From: Octopus vulgaris
Lineage: Eukaryota
Reading direction: 5' to 3'
DNA: 64,000 nt
Assembly (NCBI GenBank): GCA_951406725.2
Contig: OX597824.1
Location: 78,740,001-78,804,000 of the forward strand
Shown here piece after piece: positions 52,050-64,000 of this stretch. A model generated the notes under the pieces. It was given only the letters and a program-made list of their open reading frames with translations, was not told the origin of the DNA and searched no databases. Position 1 is the stretch's first letter; each line of letters starts with the position of its first letter. Both the position numbers and the translations under genes were made by a program.

Positions 52050-52525
52050 GTTCTATATTTAAGAGATGAGGAATTATGTACATTATTTACATTCGACGGA
52101 TATTTGTCCTAACCTTGTTTGTTGTTAACACAACGTTTCAGCTGATATACCGTCCAGCCTTCTTCAGGTGTCTTGGGGAAATTTCGAACCTGGGTTCTCA
52201 TTCCTAAGGTATTTTTTTGATATTATTATTATTATTCTATGTTTGACTTTTGCTTTATATTTGTACAAGTTGGCTCCAAGTCTCACCCAGAGACCTCAAG
52301 AGACAACAGGTTGGAAGTTCATGTTGTTGCTATGCCTAGTGTGCAATATATTTGGGGTTTTTTTTTTTTTTTTTTTGGTATTAGACTAGTGAATGTCCAA
52401 AATAAAAGAAAAACGAAAATTATGTTTATTATTATTATTGTTCAAGTCACTGCTTGGAATTGAACTCGGAATCTTGGGGTTAGTAGCCCGCACTCTTAAT
52501 CACTACACTATATGCCTGTGGGCAT
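52050..52525 (-). mobile_element. SINE-like element: tRNA-like head, (AAT)n linker carrying an insert of about 190 bp, and hammerhead-bearing tail
   Basis: A-box-like TAGTGTAGTGA and B-box-like GAGTTCAATTCC at about 52455-52515; hammerhead downstream. Confidence 0.6.
52127..52172 (-). ncRNA. Minimal type I hammerhead motif lacking stem III
   Basis: GACAC-CTGAAGA-A-GGCTG..CAGCT-GAAA-CG-TT-GTGTT; palindrome AACGTT. Confidence 0.6.
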
Positions 52526-55503
52526 ATATATGTATATACATACATATACATATAAGAGTGCTCAAATAATATGTAAATGATATAGTTATAAATGCTGGCT
52601 GCGTGTTTAAGTTTACTTCAGAAGTAAAGGGTTTCAAGTCCAATCAGGAGAATCAGTTAATTATGATATCATTCAACATAATCACCTATCAGATTCACAC
52701 ACTTATTTCTAAGCACTATCAAAGAACTCAGAAGGTTGGGTCTCCAACCAGGCCCTTCACAATAACTTTACAACTAACAACTTTTCAGTAACCCCTCATA
52801 AGCATAGAAAAGTGAATGCTAAAATGATGATTATATATGTGTGCGTGTACACACATATATATATACATGTATACATACATAAATATACATACATATGTAT
52901 ATATATATATATATATACATACATATATATACATATGTATACATACATATATATATACATATGTATACATACATATATATATACATATGTATACATGCAT
53001 ATGTATATACATATGTATACATGCATATGTATATACATATATATATACATATGTATACATGCATATGTATATACATATATATATACATATGTATACATGC
53101 ATAAGTATATATATATGTGCCGGTGGCATGTATAAAAGATTCGAGCGAGGTCGTTGCCAGTGTTGCCTGACTGGCCCCATGCCGGTGGCACATAAAAGCA
53201 CCCACTACACTCTCAGAGTGGTTGGCGTTTGGAAGGGTATCCAGCTGTAGAAACTCTGCCAGATCAAGATTGAAGCCTGGTCCAGCCATCTGGTTCGCCA
53301 GTCCTCAGTCATACATCCAACCCATGCTAGCATCGAAAGCGGATGTTAAACGATGATGATGATGATACATATATATATATACATACATATGTATGTATGC
53401 ATGTATTTGGTGCACACTGCAAGGAGATTTGCATAGGAAAGGTAATCCGGCCATAAAAACTTTGCCCCAAAAATTGAACACGCTGCAAGACTTGGTTACC
53501 CGCCCATCTAGGGTAGGAAGACAGAATTTTTGGGGTACAGACTAGCAAAAGAAGAATTAATACTTTTCTACAATTGATAAATTAATTAATTAAAGCCACT
53601 AAAACTGTATAGAATAGAGAAAATATAAGCCATGTAAATCCTTTTATAAAACTTTAAAGCTTCTTAAACAAATATTGTTTTTACCTTTTTGGGAGATTTT
53701 AGTTTTGTTTTCTTTTTTTAAATCAACAGATTAATTATAAAATATAATTAAGAATCAGCTGACATTGGTACTAAGAGAAATCATTCCCAAACTATTTCTG
53801 CTGTTGGGGAACAGGAATTTTCTTTTAGTCTTTGCCAATTTTTTCTACCCCTCTTAGTTTTGGGTTTGGCCAGTCCAATACAATAACAGACCCCTTATCC
53901 AGCTTCCAGAAATCCAGGAATACTGTGCAAAACCATGCACCCCACAGTCAGTAAACAGGCCATTTCTGAAGTTAGTCAATTTGCATACTGTGTATTAAAC
54001 ATAGTCTTGTTCTTTGCTTTTGTCTTTTTTTGTTTTTTTTTTAAGTGGATTAATAAAGATTAGGCATACTCTACTTCAGAATTCTATTAATTTGTATCTG
54101 CATTTGTTAAATAAAATCATGTTCTTTACTTTTCTTCATTTAATTTTCATCCTATAAACATCAGACTCTATACATGATGCAGCATGTAATATTTTGGACA
54201 AAATTTTAAGTAGATAAATAGATAAAACACCTTGGTTAGAAATGTATTTATTTGAATGTTACCATATTTTGTTTCAATTAATTTTGAAAATAAAGAAGAA
54301 TTTAGTAAAATAATTCTGGCCTTATTAAGCTGGTGCTTGGAACACAACACGAAATTATGAGGGCAAGTTTCAATTTGGATCACTTAAAAATAGAAAGGAG
54401 TGGTTAGCATTAGGTAGGGCATCCAGCTGTAGAAACTCTGCCAGATCAGTCCTCAGTCAAATCGTTCAACCCATGCTAGCATGGAAAGTGGACATTAAAT
54501 GACGATGATGATGTATCATAAAATAAAAGGTAGTCTCAGGCAGCTTGGTAACAAAAGCATTATACAATTTAGCTCTCTACATTCCATACTTTGTTTTAGA
54601 TTTGAAGTATAGGCACAAGCATAGCTGTGCTAAAAAGCTTGCTTCGGTGCCACTGCATGGCACCTTGGGCAAATATCTTCTACTATAGCTTCAGGCCAAC
54701 CAAAGCCTTGAGTGGATTTGGTAGATGGAAACTGAAAGAATACCATCGTGTGTGTGTATGCATGTATATATCTATACGTGTGTGTCTGTTTATCTCCCCA
54801 TCACTGCTTGACAACTGACGTCGGGGTGTTTACATCCCCCATAACATAGCAGTTCAGCAAAAGAGAGCGAGAGAATAAGTACAAAGCTTAAGAAATAAGT
54901 CATGGGTTGATTTGATTGGCTAAAACCCCTTCAAGGCAATGCTCCACCATGGCCACAGTCAAATGACTGAAACAAAAGAATATATTTTGGCTGTCTCCAG
55001 AAAACTGGAAAATCCAGAAATCCAGGGTACATCAGATCCAAAGTTTGTCAGATATTTAAGTTTTAAGGGTTTCATTAGACATGTTAATCTTGCTGGCACT
55101 CATGTCCTTCCTAGAATACAAGGGGCACCGGTGCTGAAGAAGCTCAGCTGCCCTTTCAAGGGTTTCCATTATTTTTTTTGGGCTTTTAAATTTTGCTAGT
55201 TGTCCACACTCTCCTTAAAATGCAAGCCCAGTCTGGAGCTGGTTTAGTGGCAGACAACTCAACTGTGAGCAGGTGGTATTGTATTACACGGTTACCAGTA
55301 ACAAGTTTCTACCAATCATCATCGTTGTTTTAACATCCACTTTTCCATGCCGGCATGGATCAAATGGAATTTGTAGAGGTACATTTTCTATGGCCAGATG
55401 CCCCTCATCGCCAACCCCTGCCTGTTTTTCGAGTAAGATAATATTTACCCATGACCAGACGTTTAACAGAATCATCATCATCATCATTTAATCTCTGCCT
55501 TCC

Positions 55504-55740
55504 AGGCGGCGAGCTGGCAGAAGCGTTAGCACACTGGGCAAAATGCTTAGCGGTATTTCGTCTGCCGTTACGTTCTGAGTTCAAATTCTGCCGAGGTCCA
55601 TTTTGCCTTTCATCCTTTCAGAGTCGATAAATTAAGTACCAGTTACACACTGGGGTCGATGTAATCAACTTTATTCCTTTGTCTGTCCTTATTTGTCCCC
55701 TCTTTGTTTAGCCTCTTGTGGGTAATAAAGAAATAAGAAA
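55504..55740 (+). mobile_element. SINE family B (GGCGGCGAGCTGGCAGAA..GAGTTCAAATTC..), representative copy
   Basis: Other copies near 4038-4447(-, dimeric), 33815-34040(-), 35155-35388(-), 38718-39128(+, dimeric), 39838-40068, 46163-46370, 56908-57275, 62810-63025. Confidence 0.85.
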
Positions 55741-56414
55741 CACCAGGTGAAATGCTTATCGGTATTTTGTCTGTCTTTACATTCTGAGCTCAAATTCCGC
55801 CGAGGTCAACTTTGGACGGCTTGACAGGAGGCAACCAGGTAGAAGACTACACCAAGCTTCTGTGTCTGTTTGACAGGGTTTTTACGGCTGGATGCCCTTC
55901 CTAACACCAACCAACCAGCAGAGTTGACTAAGTGCTTTTTACATGGCACCAGCACGGGTGAGGTCAGTTTTGAGTGGCAAGATCACTCAGCTTCTTCATT
56001 TACAACGGATATACCTATTTACAGCTAGATGGACTCAGCCATAGGTACAATGCAGTGCCAGTAATAAGGTGTGAACTGTTGATCTCTCGGATGGTAGTCT
56101 AGTTATTGCCCCACTGACTCCACTAAGATGAGATATCATCATCATCATCACTGCCGCCACCACTACCACCATCATTTGACGTGTAATGAACTTTGTCCTG
56201 CTTTGTGTAAGAAATAAATAGCAGAAATACACAAAGAGTTTGGAAAAACTCCTCTACACCAATTGGCAGAATAGTTGGCCCTTCATATTCCGAGTTCAAA
56301 TCCTACTCAGATTAATTTACCCTTCATTCATCTGAGATTAATAAAGCAAAAATACCAGTTTGATACTGAAATCGGTTCCTATAATGCATTCTAAATATGA
56401 TGAAAGGAATCATA

Positions 56415-56546
56415 GGTACGACTAGCGAACAGTGGTCCCGGTACGCGCATCCGCGCTAGCTAGTCGTAAGTAGTCGATCCTAAATAATTTTTTAAACTAA
56501 GTAAATAAATTATTTTTAAAAACAAACTAAGGTTAGGATTAGTACC
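56415..56546. mobile_element. 132-bp mini DNA element with 9-bp TSD GGAATCATA
   Basis: GGTAC...GTACC termini; TSD at 56406-56414 and 56547-56555; paralogous empty site near 56635-56666. Confidence 0.75.
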
Positions 56547-57784
56547 GGAATCATAATGGTTATTAACAATTATTGTGTCCCTTCTCCCGGTCAGCCCTTA
56601 TCAAGCAAATCTGTGGTCGAATCAATTCCAGCAAATGCATTCTAAATATGAAAGGAATCATAATGGAATACAAAATAAATGGTTGCTACCAATTATTGTG
56701 TCTCTTTACCCTGTCAGCACCTCATCAAGTAGATCTGTGATCGACTGAATTCCAGCTGTGACCATCCCAACTTTTCTTTTCTCAAGTAATGCATCGCAGA
56801 GTACACTATTAAGCTGGTATTATTATCTGAATATTTCGTTGCTACTAATCGAGCAGACCTATGATCAAATGGTATTCTGTTGCCATCCTATTTAGTGGTG
56901 AAAGGCTGCGAGCGGGCGAAATGCTTAGCGGTATTTCGACTGCCTCTACGTTCTGAGTTCAAATTCTGCTGAGGTCGACTTTGCCTTTCATCCTTTCGGG
57001 GTCGATAAATTAAGTACCAGTTACGCACTGGAGTCGATATAATCGACTTAACTCCTTTGTCTGTCCTTGTTTGTCCCTTCTGTGTTTAGCCCCTTGTGGG
57101 TAGTAATGATATAGGTATTTCGTCTGCCTCTACGTTTCTGAGTTCAAATTCCACCGAGGTCGACTTAGCCTTTCATCCTTTCGGGATCGATAAATTAAAT
57201 ACCAGTTGCGTACTGAAGTCGATCTAATCGACTGATCCCTTCACCAAAAATTTCGGGCCTTGTGCGTAGAGTAGAAAATAATATTTGGCTGCTATGGTTG
57301 TTGTTTAGGCCCGAGTTAGAACTGACAAAACGAACTTATAATCCAAACTATCCCAACCACTACAATCTCATCTCTTTATCAGGCTGAGTACATGTAAGAC
57401 TGCATTATCCGTTATGTCTTTGTTTTAAAGGCAATAGGATGTGATTTGAAGGATATATTTAGCTGTCCTTTTTAACAGGCCGAAGCTCCGTAAGTAGCTG
57501 TTTTTTAGTCCTAGTTGAGCAGACCTATAATCAAGACTATTTTAGTTGTGACCATCTCGTCTTTTTAAGTTTATGTGAGACTACATTGTCTAATGTGCTT
57601 TTTCCTAGTTTAAGACAGTAAGCAATGGTTTGAGAATGATCTAGCTGCTATTTCTAGGAGGTGAAGCGACCACGAAGAAGATATCTAATAGTGAATCTAA
57701 CTGATGGGACTTAACAGATTGTAACAACATCAACAGATTTCGTTCGTAGAAACAAAATTTATAAGTTAAATATTTGATTTTTAC

Positions 57785-57864
57785 CTTCCAGAATCATCAT
57801 AGCAGACATCTGTGTGACCGGGACTATGTCCATATCGAATTGATGGTTTCGCTAGAGGATCCAT
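57785..57864 (-). CDS. WDHD1: WDHD1 coding exon 1 (MDPLAKPSIRYGHSPGHTDVCYDDSG-R)
   Basis: ATG at 57864; 80 nt; donor AG|gtaa; matches the WDHD1 N-terminus. Confidence 0.93.
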
Positions 57865-57907
57865 AACAACATGAAAAACTTTTTAACACGAAAGCAAGAA
57901 ATTCAGC

Positions 57908-57919
57908 TTTCCCGCCAAA
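57908..57919. promoter_or_regulatory. E2F-type binding site TTTCCCGCCAAA upstream of the WDHD1 ATG
   Basis: Matches TTTSSCGC with an overlapping reverse site; 44 bp from the ATG of a replication gene. Confidence 0.7.
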
Positions 57920-58425
57920 CGTAGGTCCGCAGAAAAATATCAAGCGATAGTAAGAGAAACATTTATTTGAGAAACATAAATAAAAAAAAATAGCAATGCA
58001 AACTTTATTTCTTTTTATTCAAATTACCATTTGATAGATAAATATGTAAGTATTTATTCATTTATTGAATGAACAATGTTTTACAATGTTGTAAAGTTCG
58101 TACTTTGTTAAAAGTTTTATTTTGTGTGGAGACTAGAATACTTTGAAGAAATCCTTTTGTCTTTCTTATTACATAGAAACTTGACAAAATCTGCGAATTA
58201 TTTTTTATTTTTGTCAATAAAACTATTCGTTGATTTTTTTCCTTCGTTCGAAATTTATTAATTTATTCTCTGTTTTCACCAACAACAGACCGTTGTTGCT
58301 TTTTTTTTTCATTTTTATTGATATGCTTTTCGCTTAGTTTTTTGTTTTTTATTTATTTACCGTGTTGTACCGCATTCTTGACGATCCATTTACTGCGGAG
58401 CACGAGGCTATAAGCCAGCGTGAAA

Positions 58426-58435
58426 ATGGCGTCTG
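58426..58435 (+). CDS. Probable first coding exon (MAS-) of an unidentified divergent gene
   Basis: aaaATGGCGTCTG|gtaagt: good Kozak context, consensus donor, locally CpG-rich; no second exon recognised in the window. Confidence 0.6.
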
Positions 58436-58855
58436 GTAAGTATTTTGACAATTATCGCTTTATTTATATATATTCCCCTTAAATATCGAAGTATATCTAC
58501 CATAATTATGACATGCTGATCCCATATTCTATACCTTACTGCCCTCAAACGTTCTTCCTCTCTAAATCGTTAGCTACCGACACATCTCTTCTGGTACATT
58601 ACCTTACGTTGATGATGTGTGTGTATGTGTATATACACACACACACACATATATATGTGTGTATATATATATACGTCTGTGTGTGTGTGTTCTTCACGAA
58701 AAGGAAACTCTAGCAAAAAGTTGACATATTTTTCTTTCTGTTCTGTTTTATATTCCTTTCCTCTGCTCCTTAGGAATGGAAATTATTGAGGATATTCTTT
58801 GAAAAAGCACTCATCTGTAACGTGGATGATGTCTATCGAGAATGATTCACGCCAT

Positions 58856-58922
58856 ACAAACACGTTCTACATACACAGGGCATAAAGTTTTAATTATTTC
58901 GGTAGTATTTTATCATCATCCC

Positions 58923-58983
<61 letters not shown>

Positions 58984-59245
58984 GTGTGTGTATATATATA
59001 TACACACACACACACATATATATATATAGGGATGATGATAAAATACTACCGCTTTATGCCCTGTGTATGTAGAACGTGTTTATATATATATACACACACA
59101 TTATATATATATATATATATACACACACATTATATATATATACACACATTATATATATATATATACACACATTATATATATATATACATACACATTATAT
59201 ATATACACATATATATATATACACATTATATATATATATATATAT

Positions 59246-59309
<64 letters not shown>

Positions 59310-59373
59310 ATGATGATAAAATAATATCGAAATAATTAAAACTTTATGCCCTGTATGTAGAACGTCTTTGTAT
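58856..59373. repeat. Motif of about 70 bp in one forward and two inverted copies, separated by TA/CA microsatellites
   Basis: Copies near 58856-58925(+), 59027-59081(-) and 59304-59373(-). Confidence 0.8.
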
Positions 59374-60479
59374 ATATATATATACATATACATACATACA
59401 CACATATATATATACATACACACGCGTTATTCAGATTATGTTGAGTCACGATTTGTATATATTTATCTCATATAGTTCCTTGTATCTAATTACTGATCAT
59501 CGGGTTTCGTGGAAGCTATAGGATTCCCGTCTGGTTCTTATTCCGAGCAGCTGTTATGGATGAGGATAGCAAAGAAAGCAGCAGCCTGTTGCGCATCTCT
59601 GCTTTGTTGTCCGTTTCCACAGACTCCGCTCACGCCTTTCTTTATCCTTATTATTATTACCAACAGGCGATAGTCGACAGTCGTGTATATTCTCATATTT
59701 TCCACTCTGGAAATATAGAAGAACCATTGGTGAAGCCTCCTACTCGCGCCATCGACATTGCTAGAAATAGCAGCAAAAAAAAAAAGAATCCCTCAAATCA
59801 CAACCCTTTTTAATAAAAAGAAATATGGGGTGGCGTACTCGTTGGTTGATATCCTGTTTACACTATTTCGGAGGGGACAGGATTTCTGTTTTTTTGTTGT
59901 TTTTTTTGAAAAATCGATGATACTGCTGGCTATGTCCGTTCATCATAGGTCCGCTTGATCCAGGGATCCCCAAACTAAACGCTACTATATCCATACAAGT
60001 ATTGTTTAACCATACCCCCCCCCCCATATCTCGTAATCATCCATCCTGTTGATTTTTTTTTATTTCCTGTGTGTTTTTTTCCTTCCCAGACTACATTCTC
60101 CAATGTGTATTTCCGTTCGTAAAACGACGGGGTGTGTGTGATTAAAAGGAAGTTTGACTGTTATTTCTAGCAGAACCGGCAATCACTTTGCTATTTCATC
60201 ATTGGAAGATCCATTTCTGTTGTGTGTGAGTGTGTATACACACGCGATTTTGATTAATATACACACTTAAATTCTCTCTTTCTCTCACACATAATATATA
60301 TAAAAGATAAGGCCGGTCTATAGAATTATACCATACTGTTCTATAACTTAGCGTGTGCGTCTTTTTCAAACTTACGATTTACCGACTTTATATATATATA
60401 ACACATTAAGTGGTTTCCATCATAGGAATCCTTTACGCTAGAAAGAACAGCTAAAGTTTCTGACTTATTTTAGTATATA

Positions 60480-60539
<60 letters not shown>

Positions 60540-60750
60540 CTAATTATCTTTTTTTAATAATTTTGATATATATTTAAAATAATATAAATTAATTAATCTT
60601 ATGTATTGGCTTAAGTTTTTCATTGTATGATTTGCCTAATAGTGGTTTTATCTGTAATTTAATTTAATATAATATAATATTTTACTATAAAATTGGATTC
60701 AATCCTAAATCTGATTTTTCCCTGTAAGTTTGGATTTATTCCCTAATATT

Positions 60751-60781
<31 letters not shown>

Positions 60782-63700
60782 TCTCGTTGGTGTTATGTTA
60801 ACCTGTCGTATGTCCAAATTTAGCCAAATACGTTTTTTTTTTTTTCTTTTTTCAACATTTATTTTTGCTTGCAATAGACTTTTTGTGTGTGTATTTGTTT
60901 TTGGTCAAACTCCAGCTGCTTCAGATGCCAAGGTTTCCCAAAATTGTCCAAGTGTAATACAACGGTTTTGCTATGGAATGGTAAAACTATTTGTTTGTTT
61001 TCTGAAAAAGCCACGTTTTTTTTGGACTTTGGACACTTTTGCATGATCGCAACGATATACATAAAACCTTGCTTGTAACAACGCTTATTAACCATTAATA
61101 GGATTTTTTTTATTGTTACCTGTTGATTAATCATAGATTTGTGATTAAAAGCATTTCAGTTATATTCTAGTATAATATATCTAATACGTTAAGGATAATA
61201 TTTGAAGTAGATTTGGCTGCTATTTCTAGCCGGTTTAGCTTTTTCCTTTGCTCGTATTTTTTCCTATTGTGTATGTGATACTTACAAACACACATGCACA
61301 TACAGGTAAGAGAGCATTATTAGAAATTATAAAAAAGTAATGCTTAGATTACGCTAGTTGTCCATTCATTAATATATCTATTTTTAATCTATAGCTGTAG
61401 TAGCAGTCTGTGATATAACGCCCATTCATATCTATGTTGCAACATGTGTGTGTGTGTGTGCGTTCAGGTACAACGTCTCTAAAATACCTTTATTTATTCT
61501 CTCGCCTATTGTTTGTTACTCGGCTGGTTTCGAATCGCGGTTAAATGTAAACTTCGATTTTAAACTAGGATTTGTTATTCGCTTCAGGAAGATATATATG
61601 AACAACGGTCCTTCGCGCTTCCCTGTGTTTCCTTTATATTTACCTGTCTTTTTTTTTGTTTTTACCTGAACGAGATGATGAGTCACAATGAATCGATCTT
61701 TTATCTTTTACTTGTTACAGTCATCATTGTACTGCAGTCATGCTGGAACACCGCAGTATATATATATATATATATTTTTTTTTTTTTAAGCCAGGCACTA
61801 TTTTGTTGGTCCCTTTGCCGAACCGCTAAGTTACGAGGACGTAAACACACGAGCATCGGTTGACAAACACAGACACAAACATATACACACATACATACAT
61901 ATATACATAAATAATATCTTTCAGTTTCCGTCTACCAAATCCACTCCCGAGGCTATAGTAGAAGACACTTGACCAAGGTGTCGCGCAGTGGGACTGAACC
62001 CGGAACCATGTGGTCCGTAAGCTATCTATCTACTTACCACACAGTCACTCCTACGCCTATATATATAAAGACTTTGCCTTTCATCCTTTCGGGGTCGATA
62101 AATAAAGTACCAGTTACGCACTGGGGTCGATGTAATCGACTTAATCCGTTTGTCTGTCTTTGTTTGTCCCCTCTATGTTTAACCCCTTGTGGGCAATAAA
62201 GAAATATATATATAAGATGGGCTTCTTTGTTTCCGTCTTCCAAATCCACTCAAAGCTTTAATCATCTGATCAAAACATGCAAGAAGAAAATGGGACTTTG
62301 TGACGTTCATGCCTCGCCCCAAGGTTTTGGCGCACCTGGCAATTCTTTTCTCCAACAATTATTACAAGATGAACAAACAAAAAAAAACTCTTGCCCAAGG
62401 TGCCGCGCGGTGGAACTTGAAACCCAACCCACATGGTTGCGGAGCAAGTTTCTGGACCACACAACTACGTCTGCACCGATATCCTTTTTTTTTTTTTTTC
62501 TTTTTAATTTTGTAACAATTAACGGCGAAAGGAATTATTAGGTGCGCTAAAAACTTGGGGTGAGGCATGAATATCACAGGGTCTCATTTCCTTGTTGCAT
62601 GTTTCACATTGTTTAGCTCCATACATATTCTAATCGAATGCGTTCCAAATGTGACTATCCCATTTTATTTTCAAAAGTAGTAAACGGTATTCACTCCGCG
62701 CGGTGGAACTTGAAACCCAACCCACATGGTTGCGGAGCAAGTTTCTGGACCACACAACTACGTCTGCTCCGATATCCTTTTTTTTTTTTTTTAATTTTGT
62801 AACAATTAACGGCGAGCTGGCAGAAACGTTAGCACGCCAGGCGAAATGCTTAGAGGTATTTCGTCTGCGTTACGTTGTGAGTTCAAATTCCGCCGAGGTC
62901 GACTTGGCCTTTCATCCTTTCGGGGTCGATAAATTAAGTACCAGTTACGCACTGGGGTCGATGTAATCGACTTAATACCTATGTCTGTCCTTGTTTGTCC
63001 CCTTGTGGTTAATAAAGAAATAGGTATTCACACTTTTTATGATTACTATTATTATTAGGACGATAGGATATGATTTGAGGCAGATATGGTGGTTACCTTT
63101 AGCTGGTCGGTTGACTACGTAGAGGCTGCCTTGTTGACTATCGTGAAATGCTATCATCGGACGAGTGATGGACAGCCGGTAACCTGAGCCGGCATGTCCT
63201 GTCGAAGTTTTTTTTTTTTTTCTTTCTTTCACTCAACTTGTGTCGTAGCTAAATAGTTTTGAAAATCACCTGATCCATCCCACCATCGCTACCCCATGAA
63301 TCTGAGGTAGGGGGTTTGTCTTGTGTTTCAAGTGCAGAAATTTGAGAAAAACTTGTCTCAACACGTATTCATTTATAGGAAGTAAAGTTGTTGTTCTTAG
63401 CTCCTGATCAAGTCCCCTGTCAGTAAGAAGTCTGAGCCAAGTCGTTCCAGCTGTGACTATTGTGTGCGATTGCGTATTAAGATAGATACACCAGTGCCCG
63501 TAGTAGTATTTATTTAAGACTAGGATGTAGTTTGAGGGCGATTTGGTTGCTGATTATATGCAAATGGGTCGACCACGTAGGTCCAGCCCTAGTAGGTTGG
63601 TAGGGTGCATTGTTAGGGGAGGCGCTGACGGTATGCGTCAGCAAAAACCTGTTAAGAAAATATAGCGAGAAAACGGTTTGTGTTGAATTATCGTGACAGA

Positions 63701-64000
63701 AAGAGATAAAGGTTTTGGGCGAGGCTGCTTTGGAGAATAAACAGCCTCTTGTTTTTATACCCAGGATATATATCTCATTGCACAGGCGGCATATTTTATT
63801 ACCTTTCATATATATATTTTTAATTCTATGATATTGAAAACATTATCTCAAAAGTATCTATTAAGGCTAAGTGCTGACTACATAAGAGAGGTATGCTATC
63901 TGTTTATTAGTAACTAGAGTTACCCTTCCTATGACGGGTAACTCCAAGAGGAATGTTTTGCCTTCGTGGGTACTATCAAAAAATATGGCTTAACTATGAT

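Noticed and set aside
59556-59813. 85-aa plus-strand ORF as a possible exon 2 of the divergent gene
   Set aside because: No recognisable domain, includes a TAT repeat and repeat-derived sequence, and has no convincing donor site

Overview
This is eukaryotic, repeat-dense genomic DNA. The SINE, RTE-LINE and microsatellite repertoire suggests an octopus or other cephalopod, which is inference. Most of the window is the minus-strand gene WDHD1 (AND-1/Ctf4). I traced 18 intact coding exons with GT-AG boundaries and consistent phases, from the ATG at 57864 to an exon ending at 88; the gene continues past the left edge. Exon 14 breaks mid-codon at about 20738, and roughly 140 codons of the SepB domain are missing. 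A noisy block of about 7 kb (13.4-20.7 kb) sits in their place and is probably an assembly patch. A second gene appears to start head-to-head at 58426, with an E2F-type site between the two starts. The introns hold tRNA-derived SINEs, RTE/CR1 LINE pieces, a mariner relic, Helitron-like elements, MITEs and microsatellites. The most notable signal is a set of six type I hammerhead-ribozyme motifs from five sequence families, plus one truncated motif. Two of them sit in a retrozyme- or Penelope-like unit: two 249-bp direct repeats, 563 nt apart, inserted in (TA)n. Another sits downstream of a tRNA-like Pol III head. All structures were folded by eye; no searches were run.
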